In this document: piece by piece, positions 1 to 8,814 of the stretch
Layout of the letters: every line of letters starts with the position of its first letter
Position numbering within the stretch: position 1 is the stretch's first letter
Origin: Polyangiales bacterium
Lineage (GTDB): Bacteria; Myxococcota_A; Polyangia; Polyangiales; Houyiibacteriaceae
Direction: 5' to 3'
Assembly (NCBI GenBank): GCA_045106895.1
Contig: JBGCFM010000122.1
Span: 1-34,575 of the forward strand
DNA: 34,575 nucleotides
Translations under genes and position numbers: made by a program
The notes under the pieces: generated by a model
What the model saw: the letters and a program-made list of their open reading frames with translations, nothing else
What the model was told of the DNA's origin: nothing
Database searches by the model: none

Positions 1-1
1 G

Positions 2-376
2 GCTGAGTTTTCAAAGCCGCTTCGGGCGCTGGACGCAGGCAAGAAGCCTGACCTCCGGGAGGTCCGCGTCGACCTTGGCGGAACCGTGTTTCAGCAGGAA
101 GTCTGGAACGCGCTGCGCAAGATTCCCATCGGCGCCGTCCGAACCTACGCGGGCGTCGCCGCGGACATCAAACGCCCCCGTGCCACCCGCGCCGTCGGGA
201 TGGCGAACGGCGCGAACGCGCTTCCTATCGTGATCCCGTGTCACCGAGTGATAAGCGCCGGGTCTGCGCTCGGCGGATACAGCGGCGGCCTTAAACGAAA
301 ACGACTCCTTCTTGAGCTTGAAGGAGTCGAGTTCGACGGAGACCTGGTTCTACCCGGTCAGCTCGCGCTCTTCTGA
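2..376 (+). CDS. ogt: Methylated-DNA--protein-cysteine methyltransferase (Ogt/Ada C-terminal domain), 5'-truncated by window edge
   Basis: Frame open from position 2. Contains GTVFQQEVWNAL, RAVGMANGAN, active-site IPCHRVI and LGGYSGGLKRK motifs. Confidence 0.93.
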   Translation, partial: AEFSKPLRALDAGKKPDLREVRVDLGGTVFQQEVWNALRKIPIGAVRTYAGVAADIKRPRATRAVGMANGANALPIVIPCHRVISAGSALGGYSGGLKRKRLLLELEGVEFDGDLVLPGQLALF

Positions 377-377
377 G

Positions 378-3179
378 CTACGCGGGACCGAGCGCTTCGA
401 GTGCGCTCTGGAGCTGGGTCTTCTCTTCCTGAAAACGCGCGACATCGGCGCGAGCCTTCTCCACCACGGCTGGGGGGGCGCGGTCGACAAAGCTCGCGTT
501 CCCCAGCTTCTTTTCCATCAGCGTCAGATCCTTGTCGAGCTTCTTCAGTTCTCGCTCGAGTCGGTCGCGTTCACGCGCGGGGTCGATGACGTCGGGCACC
601 ACGGCGCGGAGTCCGGCGTTCACGAACACCGCTGCGTTCTTGAAGTTGCCATGCGGGTCGTCGAGGGTCTCGGCGCCGACGTAGTGCAGGGTGGAGGCCG
701 TGAGGGCCTCGATGAGGCGTTTCTCGCCCTCTAGGACGAAGGCGCGCTTCGCGTCTTCGGCGTGGAAGTGAACGTCGATGGGCCGTGAGCGCGACAGGTT
801 GTGCTCGGCGCGAATGGTACGGATGGAGACGACGAACTCCTGGAGCACGGCCATGGCGGCTTCGGCTTCAGCGTCAGGGCGGCCGTCGGTGGCCTCCGGG
901 TAGCGCGCGACGATGAGGCTCTGAGGCTTGGTTTCGTCCACAGGATGTTTGCCGAGGGAGTCCTCCTTCGGAACGCGGTGCCAGATCTCCTCCGTAATGA
1001 AGGGCATCATCGGGTGCAGAGCACGCAGCACGGTCTCAAGAACGTGCACAAGCGTCGCGACGGTCTCCGCTGCGTGTTCCCCGTCCATGAGCGGCTTGCT
1101 GAGCTCCAGGTACCAGTCGCAGAATTCGTCCCAGACGAAGTGGTACAGAGCGCCCGACGCGTCGTCGAGTCGGTAGTCTTCGACGCCGGTGTTCGCTGCC
1201 TGCATCGCCGTCGAGAGACGCGAGAGGATCCATCGGTTGGCCAGCTGCGAGACCTCAGGGGGAGCGCCGTTGGCTTTGATCTCTTCGTGCCCCTCGAGGT
1301 TCATGAGGCTGAAGCGAGCAGCGTTCCACAGCTTGTTCGCGAAGTTCCGGTAGCCTTCGACGCGCTTTAGGCTGAGCTTCATTCGGCGCGCTTGCGGCGA
1401 ATAACTAAGCAGAGTCATGCGAAGCGCGTCGCAGCCGTACTCGGCAAACCCGTCGGCATACGTCTTCTTGAGGTATTTCACGCCCTTCGGCGCGGCACCG
1501 TTGAACTCGGCCTTCGCGAGTAGGTCGTCGAGCGTCGCTCCATCGATGACATCGAGGGGGTCGATGACGTTCCCCTTCACCTTGCTCATCTTGTCCCCGC
1601 GCTCGTCCGTCACCATTCCGGCGAGGAGCACGCGGGTGAAGGGCGCTTCACCCATGAAGTGGTACCCCATCATGATCATGCGAGCGACCCAGAAGAAGAG
1701 AATGTCGTAGCCCGTTTCCAGGTCCTGGGTGGGGTAGTAGCGCTTGAGATCCGGCGTCTCGTTTGGCCAGCCGAGCGTTGAAAATGGCCACAGAGCGGAG
1801 CTGAACCACGTGTCGAGGACGTCCTCGTCTTGGCGGATGTTCGCCGACTCGCAGCCGCCGCACTTCTCCGGCGTCTCGCGTGAGACCGTGATGTGCTCGC
1901 AGTCATCGCAGTGCCATGCCGGGATGGAATGGCCCCACCAAAGCTGGCGCGAGATGCACCAATCCTGAATGTTGCGAAGCCAGTGGAAATACGTCTTCTC
2001 CCAGTCTTTCGGGAGAATCTCGATGACTTCGTTCTCAACGGCGCGAATGGCGGGCTTCGCCAGGGGCTCCATTTTCACGAACCACTGCGTGCTGATCATC
2101 GGCTCGACGACGGTTCCGCTCCGCTGGGAGTAGGGCACGTTCATCAGATGCTCTTTGCTTCCGCGTGCGAGGCCCACCTCTTCCAGCCGCGCCTTGACCG
2201 CTCTGCGTGCCGCGAAGCGTTCAACGCCTTCAAACTCGCCGGCGTTCTCGTTCATCGTTCCATCGAGGTTGAGGACGTTGATCTCCTCAAGCTCGTGGCG
2301 CTTGCCCGTGGCGAAGTCGTTCGGGTCGTGAGCCGGTGTAACCTTCACAACGCCGGTGCCGAACTCCATGTCGACGAGCTCTGCGTCGCAGATGATAGGA
2401 ATCAGACGATCCACGAAGGGGTGCTTCACAAAGCGCCCGTGCAGGTGCTTGTAGCGTGGGTCCTCCGGGTGAACAGCGACGGCGGTGTCGCCGAGCATCG
2501 TCTCGGGACGCGTCGTGGCGACGACCACCTCGCCTTCATCCCCGTCCCCGCCGTGGATTGGGTAAGCGAACTCGAAGAGCTCGCCCTTGACGTTCTCCTT
2601 GTTCTCGACCTCGAGGTTACTGAGAACCGTCTGGGAGGTGACATCCCAGTTCACAAGGCGAGTGCCGCGGTAGATCAGGCCTTCTTCGTACAGGCGCACA
2701 AAGGCTTCTCGGACGGACACGGAGAGACCGTCGTCCATGGTGAAGCGCTCGCGCTCCCAGTCACAGCTCGCGCCCATTCGGCGCAGCTGAGTCAGGATGC
2801 GGCCACCGGACTTCTTCTTCCAATCCCAGACGCGCTCGACGAACTTTTCGCGGCCGAGGTCGTGCCGGGTGAGGTCATCTTTCTTCAGGATTCGCTCGAC
2901 GACCACCTGCGTGGCGATACCGGCGTGGTCCGTGCCCGGAATCCAGAGGGCGTCGAAGCCCTTCATGCGGTGGTAGCGAACGAGGACGTCCTCGAAGGTC
3001 GTGCGACACGCGTGACCCATGTGCAGTGTGCCCGTAACGTTCGGTGGCGGAATCGCGACGGTGTACGTCTTCCGTGGGTCTCCTTCACCGGCGGCGGCAA
3101 AGAAGCCATTTGATTCCCAAAACTCGTACCAGCGGCGTTCCGTTTCACCTGGTGCGTACGTCGTAGCAAGCTCTTCCAT
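378..3179 (-). CDS. valS: Valine--tRNA ligase
   Basis: PPPNVTGTLHMGHA (HIGH), GTDHAGIATQ, DWCISRQLWWGH, DVLDTWFSS, KMSKVKGN and a C-terminal coiled coil. Start placed at ATG 3179 (MEELATTY) rather than 3215. Confidence 0.98.
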   Translation of the reverse strand: MEELATTYAPGETERRWYEFWESNGFFAAAGEGDPRKTYTVAIPPPNVTGTLHMGHACRTTFEDVLVRYHRMKGFDALWIPGTDHAGIATQVVVERILKKDDLTRHDLGREKFVERVWDWKKKSGGRILTQLRRMGASCDWERERFTMDDGLSVSVREAFVRLYEEGLIYRGTRLVNWDVTSQTVLSNLEVENKENVKGELFEFAYPIHGGDGDEGEVVVATTRPETMLGDTAVAVHPEDPRYKHLHGRFVKHPFVDRLIPIICDAELVDMEFGTGVVKVTPAHDPNDFATGKRHELEEINVLNLDGTMNENAGEFEGVERFAARRAVKARLEEVGLARGSKEHLMNVPYSQRSGTVVEPMISTQWFVKMEPLAKPAIRAVENEVIEILPKDWEKTYFHWLRNIQDWCISRQLWWGHSIPAWHCDDCEHITVSRETPEKCGGCESANIRQDEDVLDTWFSSALWPFSTLGWPNETPDLKRYYPTQDLETGYDILFFWVARMIMMGYHFMGEAPFTRVLLAGMVTDERGDKMSKVKGNVIDPLDVIDGATLDDLLAKAEFNGAAPKGVKYLKKTYADGFAEYGCDALRMTLLSYSPQARRMKLSLKRVEGYRNFANKLWNAARFSLMNLEGHEEIKANGAPPEVSQLANRWILSRLSTAMQAANTGVEDYRLDDASGALYHFVWDEFCDWYLELSKPLMDGEHAAETVATLVHVLETVLRALHPMMPFITEEIWHRVPKEDSLGKHPVDETKPQSLIVARYPEATDGRPDAEAEAAMAVLQEFVVSIRTIRAEHNLSRSRPIDVHFHAEDAKRAFVLEGEKRLIEALTASTLHYVGAETLDDPHGNFKNAAVFVNAGLRAVVPDVIDPARERDRLERELKKLDKDLTLMEKKLGNASFVDRAPPAVVEKARADVARFQEEKTQLQSALEALGPA

Positions 3180-3402
3180 AGAGTAGCTATTGGACGGCGG
3201 GCTGGGTCTCGTCAATGCCGAAACTTCGGATCCCTGTTCGCCTACCTCGTCACGGACAAGCCCGGGAACGCTGTCGCACTCTGGTCAGTCTTGCGGGCGC
3301 AAAATTGAAATGACGACACCCAGGATTCTGAGTGTCGTCATGGAGGCGATCGACGCTGCGCGGTCCGCCGAAGCTTAGCTCAGCAGATGGCACGGGCGAT
3401 TT

Positions 3403-4263
3403 CTACTTCATCAAGCGCTTGAGCTCTTCACGGATAAGCGTCTCGGCCAGGTCCGGGACTACTTCCCAGACGACCTTTTCCACAACATCGCGCGAGAGAG
3501 CCAATACGGACTCGACTTGCTCCTTGCTCAAGCCGAGGGCGTCGAGGCTTCCAGCGAGGGCGCTGTCGGGAGCCGTAGCTGCCGCAGCCGGCGACGCCGC
3601 AGGTGCCGCGGCAGGTGCCGCGGCAGGCGCTGCCTTTGCGGGCGTGGGCTTCTTTGGCGCGGCCTTCGGAGGCTTCTTGCTGGGCGCACGAGCCGGCGGA
3701 GCACTCAACTCGATCACCGGTTCGTCTTCTTCCACGACCTCCAGCTGCGCTTTTGGAGGAGCAGGCGGCACGGGAGGCGCAGGAGGGCGTGGTGGTGGTG
3801 AACCGAACGCCATGGTTCGCTTGAGCGACCGAGCGGGGGTTCCGGAGGCTGCCTGAACAGGTCCTCCAGCGGCAGCCGGTGCAGGTTTGCGTGCCACGGC
3901 GCCCGACATCGCGGCGCTCACCTTGTCGATGATTGCCTGACTGTCGAAAGGCTTCGCTACGTGGTCATCCACACCGCTCGCAGCACCTTTCGCTTCGTCG
4001 TACGGAGTGTGCTGACTTGCCATCACGATGACGACGGGCGCTTTGCCACCCGCAGACTTGACCGCGCTAGCAACCGCGTATCCGTCCTTCCCCGTCATCG
4101 AAGCATCCGCGAAGACCACGTCTGGCGCGAACTGCTGCGCTGCTGCAATAGCCTCATCAGCCGACGCTGCAGTGAGAACTTCCGCATCCTCGCCCGCGAA
4201 AGTCATCTCCATGATCTTCCGCATGACTGCACTGTCGTCTACGGCCAAGATTTTCACCGCCAC
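3403..4263 (-). CDS. romR: RomR-like polarity response regulator (receiver + Pro/Ala-rich linker + RomR C-terminal helix)
   Basis: Receiver (AVDDS..VVFAD..KPFDSQ), long P/A/K linker and C-terminal SRDVVEKVVWEVVPDLAETLIREELKRL resembling the M. xanthus RomR tail. Lies directly upstream of valS. GTG start 5 nt after GGAGG. Confidence 0.88.
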   Translation of the reverse strand: MAVKILAVDDSAVMRKIMEMTFAGEDAEVLTAASADEAIAAAQQFAPDVVFADASMTGKDGYAVASAVKSAGGKAPVVIVMASQHTPYDEAKGAASGVDDHVAKPFDSQAIIDKVSAAMSGAVARKPAPAAAGGPVQAASGTPARSLKRTMAFGSPPPRPPAPPVPPAPPKAQLEVVEEDEPVIELSAPPARAPSKKPPKAAPKKPTPAKAAPAAAPAAAPAASPAAAATAPDSALAGSLDALGLSKEQVESVLALSRDVVEKVVWEVVPDLAETLIREELKRLMK

Positions 4264-4313
4264 ATGGGCCTCCACTCATTTTTACGCGCGAACCACCTGG
4301 CCGCGACCCTCTT

Positions 4314-4343
4314 TGGATACGCTATGCCCCTCGTGAGGGTCAA
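4314..4343 (-). promoter_or_regulatory. Possible sigma70-type promoter for romR
   Basis: TTGACC-N18-TATCCA on the minus strand. The spacer holds the near-palindrome CCCTCACGAGGG. The -10 is weak. Confidence 0.3.
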
Positions 4344-4356
4344 GAAAAGGAAACGC

Positions 4357-7300
4357 TCATTCCGGTTCTGGGGCTGGCGGGGTCAAATCGAGACCCAGCT
4401 CGCGCGCCGCATTTCGGACGGCATTCTCCGCCGCGGGGAGCCCCTGAGCGTGAGCCAGAGTCTCTCGAAGTGCCTGTGTGGCGCGGTCCTCGTGCCCAAA
4501 ACGATAGAGTAGGTGGGCGAGGGCGGCGGCGGCCTGAGCGTGACCTGGATGTGCGTTCAGTGCCCGGCGATAGTGCCGAAGGGCCGTGCCATCGTTGCCA
4601 TAGGTTTCAGCTTCCGTCGCCATTCGGACTTCTTCGGTGGCGACTCTTCGTACGTTTCGGCCTAGCTGCTCTGCGTAGCGCTCGGCGGCGAGGGCATCAC
4701 GCTGCTCGAAAGCGCATTCGATGGCGAGGCGAGCGGCTCCTTCTTCGTCCACCGCGTTCGGCCGCGTATTCGCCACTTCCATCAGCTGGTTGCAGTCCCC
4801 GGCGATCCAGGGCCGAACAATCGCCGCGATGGGGTCATCGGTGGTGTCGTTGCGGGACGCCTCCGCGTCCAGCGCGTCCTGAGCCGCTTGCCGGTCCCGC
4901 CGGGCGATGGCCGCCCGAAAGAGGAACATCGGAGAGTCCACGCGGGGCCCCGAACGCTGCAGTTCGATCTGTTCGGTGTACAGACGCTCGGCATCCAGAA
5001 GCACCCCAAGGCGATAGCGCGCTTCGGGATCATCGACGGCTTCGCGGTATGCCGCGAGGGCACCATGCACGTCGCCGCGCAGTTCGGCGATGGCACCTTC
5101 CACGAGTCTTCGCTCGTCGGTGGTGATCGGCAGGTCAGGGAGCGCGATTCGAACGCGCTCGACCGCGTGATAACGCTCGCCGACGTATTCGAGCCGTCGC
5201 AGCAAGACATCCACGCGCATGGCTGCGGGAATGGTCTCGAAGGTCTCCGCGCTCATCCACGGAATCTCACGGAGAAGGTAATCGACGTCGGCCTCGGCGA
5301 GACCGTCGGCTTGGGGAATGCGGGCCAAAGCGAACTCAAGAGCCGGGCGGTCATCCACTAGGTCTTCAGCGTCAGCGCCGAAGGCGAGGGTGCCATTTGT
5401 GTCGAGCTCGATGACGCTCGCGTAGTCGACGATGTCATCAAGGCCAAAAGGCCTCAAATAGGTGCGCGAGCCGTCTTCATCGAGGCGATCCATGAAGCGC
5501 GAGCCGTAGGCGATGGGGGTATCGCTGGCGGCAAGGATGAAGCTCGAATCCTCACACATGTACGCGTGGACGTGCTCGAACACGCCGCGAAGGGTGCCGA
5601 CGATGCGCCGAAGATGAACGCCGTCCATTCGAAAGAGGTTCGACCACAGCGCGAGGACGCCTCCCGTGCGAAGCGCGGCTTTCGCTTCGTGGAAGAACTC
5701 CCTCGTGTAGAGCGCGCTCGAACCTGCAAGCCAGGGGTGGGAAGGCTGCGAGACGATAGCGTCGTAGGTTCCCTCCGGCGCGAGAACGAGCTGGGCCCGC
5801 GCGTCATCGACGATGAGGTTCGTGCGTGGATCGTCGAGGGGGAAGTCCTTGTCGCGAGACTCGTAAAGAAAGCGCGCCGCGTCGACGATGGCGCCTTCAA
5901 GCTCCACCACGTCCACGCGTGACCACGGGCCCCCAAGGACGACGGCGGTGGAGTGCGCGCCGCCGAGTCCGACGATCATCGCGCGCTCTCGTTGCGTCGC
6001 GTGAAGCACGGGGAGTGAGCCGAGTGTCGCGAGCTCTTCGCCAAAGCCCGGTTCATCCGTGCCGATGCCGGATTCGGGACGACCATCGTTGAAGAGCCGG
6101 AGCGTCTCGTCGCGTTCAAGGATGCTAACGGTGGTATTTCGGCCTTCTTCAAGGAAGCGAATCGTGCTGTCCCAGCCAACGCAACACAGGCTGTCGTCGC
6201 AGGTGCCGACTTCACCGCCGCAGGACGCACCGTCGTTGTTCTCGCAGTCGAAATCTTCGTGGCACTGCGGCGCAGGGCCTTCGACGAGGGCGCGGCTCGG
6301 GTCATACCAAGCATCGAGCAGATACGGCAGGTGCAAGTCCGGCGGGGAGATCAGCGCGACGGCGCCGAAGGCGAGGGGGAGAACGCTCGCAAAGTCTCGG
6401 TACGCGACGATGGGTTTCGACATGGCCTTCGCGACGAAGGCCGCCGTCGCGATGCCGAAGTGGAGAAAGGCCAAGAATCCGATGGAGCGAGCAACACCGA
6501 GGAGGGGGACGAGAGCAAATCCCGCGAGGAGGCTCCCGATGAGCCCGCCCAGGGTGTTGGCTGCGAGGACTCGACCTGAGTTGCGCGCGGCTTCGTCCGC
6601 GGAACCACCAGCGATGCGCCACGCAATGGGGATCGAGGTGCCCAAAGCCATTGCCAGGGGAAGCAAGAGCACCATCGCGGCACCGAGGACGACGCTCGCC
6701 TCGTGGGGAACCACGACGGTTTCCCCCTGAATCAACATGACGACCTGGGGAAGCCGAGCCCCAACATACATCGCCGCAAGGGTCAGTATTCCGAGGATCG
6801 TTTGAAGCACGCCGAAGAGCGTTCGGGCCTCGAAACGTCGCGAGAGCGGTGCGGCGATGAGGCTTCCAGCGGCAATGCCGAAGAGGAAGACCGTGAGCAT
6901 CGCGGCGAAGGCCTGAGTCGTTCCCTGGACGACGAGACGCAACACCCGAGTCCAGAGAACTTCGCCAGCGAGGGATGCAAGGCCCGCCGCCGCCGCTAGA
7001 CCCATGGCCAGACGTGGCCGCGAGGGGCTCGCATCCGCATCGCGCGGTGCTTCCTCTTCCGTCTCGCCTTTCGCGGCGCGCGACCAGACCAAGAGCACGA
7101 TGAGCGCTGCGCCAAAGCTGAGGCCCGCCGCGATGACGACGGAGTCTCGCGCGCCGTACGTAGGAACAAGCCACAGACCTGTCGCAGCAGCTCCGGCGAC
7201 GGCGCCGAGTGTATTCGTCGCGTAGAGGAAGGTGGCGTTTCGCTCCCACGGGATGCCCGCACGGGAAACCGCGGCGATGAGAACGGGGAGCGTCGCGCCC

Positions 7301-7677
7301 ATGAAGAAGGTGGGCGGTAGAAGAACCAGGACTGCCAGGACGAAGCGAAGCGTTGTCAGCGTCCCAAACCCAGCGTCAGGGCCGAGAAACGAATACGCGT
7401 CGTGGATACGCGGCATAAACCAGAGCGAGGCGAGGGCCCAGCCGCCCACGGCGACCTCGAGGAGCGCGTATGTTCGAGCCGGCGACGACTTTCGTGCCTT
7501 GGCGAAGCGTCCGCCTGCAGCGCTTCCGAGGCCGAGGCCGAGGAAGAACGTCGCGAGCACGGTGGCGACGGCGAGGTCGCTGACGCCAAAGACCCGCTGG
7601 AGCATACGGCCCCAGGTCGTTTGATAGATGAGCGCAGCGCTACCGCTTGCAAAGAGGGCAACGTAAAGCGTGGCCAT
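4357..7677 (-). CDS. Fused MFS-like membrane domain / spermidine-synthase-like (SAM-binding fold) protein with C-terminal TPRs
   Basis: About 13 hydrophobic helices with duplicated SGxAALxY/ExxW and NTLGAxxG motifs. Then IVGLGGAHS, VDVVELE, DDAR and DAIVSQPSHPW..LYTREFF, followed by TPR-like helices. Start placed at ATG 7677 (MATLY). Confidence 0.85.
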   Translation of the reverse strand: MATLYVALFASGSAALIYQTTWGRMLQRVFGVSDLAVATVLATFFLGLGLGSAAGGRFAKARKSSPARTYALLEVAVGGWALASLWFMPRIHDAYSFLGPDAGFGTLTTLRFVLAVLVLLPPTFFMGATLPVLIAAVSRAGIPWERNATFLYATNTLGAVAGAAATGLWLVPTYGARDSVVIAAGLSFGAALIVLLVWSRAAKGETEEEAPRDADASPSRPRLAMGLAAAAGLASLAGEVLWTRVLRLVVQGTTQAFAAMLTVFLFGIAAGSLIAAPLSRRFEARTLFGVLQTILGILTLAAMYVGARLPQVVMLIQGETVVVPHEASVVLGAAMVLLLPLAMALGTSIPIAWRIAGGSADEAARNSGRVLAANTLGGLIGSLLAGFALVPLLGVARSIGFLAFLHFGIATAAFVAKAMSKPIVAYRDFASVLPLAFGAVALISPPDLHLPYLLDAWYDPSRALVEGPAPQCHEDFDCENNDGASCGGEVGTCDDSLCCVGWDSTIRFLEEGRNTTVSILERDETLRLFNDGRPESGIGTDEPGFGEELATLGSLPVLHATQRERAMIVGLGGAHSTAVVLGGPWSRVDVVELEGAIVDAARFLYESRDKDFPLDDPRTNLIVDDARAQLVLAPEGTYDAIVSQPSHPWLAGSSALYTREFFHEAKAALRTGGVLALWSNLFRMDGVHLRRIVGTLRGVFEHVHAYMCEDSSFILAASDTPIAYGSRFMDRLDEDGSRTYLRPFGLDDIVDYASVIELDTNGTLAFGADAEDLVDDRPALEFALARIPQADGLAEADVDYLLREIPWMSAETFETIPAAMRVDVLLRRLEYVGERYHAVERVRIALPDLPITTDERRLVEGAIAELRGDVHGALAAYREAVDDPEARYRLGVLLDAERLYTEQIELQRSGPRVDSPMFLFRAAIARRDRQAAQDALDAEASRNDTTDDPIAAIVRPWIAGDCNQLMEVANTRPNAVDEEGAARLAIECAFEQRDALAAERYAEQLGRNVRRVATEEVRMATEAETYGNDGTALRHYRRALNAHPGHAQAAAALAHLLYRFGHEDRATQALRETLAHAQGLPAAENAVRNAARELGLDLTPPAPEPE

Positions 7678-7782
7678 GCGAATGACGCGGAGGGCTGGCA
7701 CGGGCCGCACCCTTCCGCGGCGGCCTCGCCCTGTCAACGCCGCACGTCGACTGGAGCCACGTTTCGTGCGAAACACGCGACC

Positions 7783-8478
7783 ATGGAGCCGCCGGACGAG
7801 GAGAAATACGTAAAAAGCGGGCCGCTAGAGCCTGTTCCTGAGTCGGACAAGGGTGTCCGTCGCTACGGTATGGTGGCCCCACGGATGCCGGACGGAGCGA
7901 TTGACCTCCAGGCGATCCTGCCTGGCGAGACCCCCCTCGAGATCGATATTGGCTTCGGGCGCGGTCTCTCGATCTTTCGGCGCGCTGCGGTCGCACCCAC
8001 CTGGCGGCTCCTCGGGATCGAAATCAAGACCAAGTGGGCCTACAAGGTCGAGGAGAGAAGGCTCCGTGAGGGTCTTGAGAACGTCCGTGCCTTCGCTGGA
8101 GATGCCCGAGACATTCTTGAGCGAGCGACGCCCTCGGCGTGCGTCGAGCGCTTCTATGTTCATTTTCCCGATCCCTGGTGGAAGCGACGCCATGAGCATC
8201 GGACCGTGGTGGCCGATCGTTTTCTGCGCTCTGCGGCTCGCTTGCTTCGCGACGGGGGCGAGCTCTTCGTCCAGACGGACGTAAAGGCGCGCATGGATGA
8301 GTACGTGGCGCGGATGGAGGAGCACCCGCTCTTTGGTCCCGTCCGGCACCTCGACGACAACCCCTACGGGTCTGTGTCGGGCCGGGAGGCGAAGGCCGTG
8401 GTGGATGAGTTACCGATCTACCGTGTCGTTGCGGCACGACTTCCACGCAATTCGAACGAGGTCGACGAGGAAGAGTAG
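7783..8478 (+). CDS. trmB: tRNA (guanine-N7)-methyltransferase
   Basis: EIDIGFGRG, LLGIEIK, GDA, HFPDPWWKRRH and LFVQTD motifs. The start is uncertain (ATG 7783 or later). Confidence 0.92.
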   Translation: MEPPDEEKYVKSGPLEPVPESDKGVRRYGMVAPRMPDGAIDLQAILPGETPLEIDIGFGRGLSIFRRAAVAPTWRLLGIEIKTKWAYKVEERRLREGLENVRAFAGDARDILERATPSACVERFYVHFPDPWWKRRHEHRTVVADRFLRSAARLLRDGGELFVQTDVKARMDEYVARMEEHPLFGPVRHLDDNPYGSVSGREAKAVVDELPIYRVVAARLPRNSNEVDEEE

Positions 8479-8814
8479 GGCGCCCAGCGGCGCGAGTAAG
8501 ATGCCAAACGAGGGATCGCCTTCGGGGTGGCCGATGGCCCCGAGAAGGAAACCCAGCGGAATCAGCGCAGCACCTGCGCGCAAGAAGCGACCCGGGATCA
8601 TCCCTGCCGCCGTCGCCGCGTGGGCGAGGACCACAAGGGCCATGCCCACGCCATGCGCGTGGGCCAAGCGGACCAGGAGCCGCGCTAGCTCATCCTCAAA
8701 GAACGACGCCCACTTGAACGCGTGGGCCGCCTCAAGGCTCACTCCCAGGAGAGACCAGACGCAGAGGCTTACCCAGCCAAAGCGGAGGGAGCGCTGTTGG
8801 AACTGTTGTTTCAT
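8410..8814 (-). CDS. Small 4-TM membrane protein with AHAHG motif, function unknown
   Basis: Four hydrophobic segments, LEAAH and RLAHAHG. Its ATG overlaps the cytochrome stop codon (ATGA 8811-8814). Confidence 0.8.
   Translation of the reverse strand: MKQQFQQRSLRFGWVSLCVWSLLGVSLEAAHAFKWASFFEDELARLLVRLAHAHGVGMALVVLAHAATAAGMIPGRFLRAGAALIPLGFLLGAIGHPEGDPSFGILLAPLGALLFLVDLVRIAWKSCRNDTVDR

Noticed and set aside
1440..1590. ValS KMSKV variant and insertion after the KMSK loop
   Set aside because: A similar insertion exists in proteobacterial ValRS, and the catalytic Lys is retained. Ordinary variation.
1893..3113. 406-aa plus-strand ORF
   Set aside because: Antisense shadow of valS, typical of high-GC codon bias, with no recognisable motifs.
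3387..3404. TGGCACG sigma54-like half-site (also at about 7696-7712)
   Set aside because: No GC at the -12 position. The first copy is also antisense to the local genes.
3560..3830. GCAGGTGCCGCG-type short repeats
   Set aside because: They encode the Pro/Ala linker of RomR and are not a DNA repeat element or CRISPR.
7402..7782. N-terminal extensions of trmB and the MFS fusion in the ORF track
   Set aside because: They overlap the divergent gene and lack family-like sequence. Later starts fit better.
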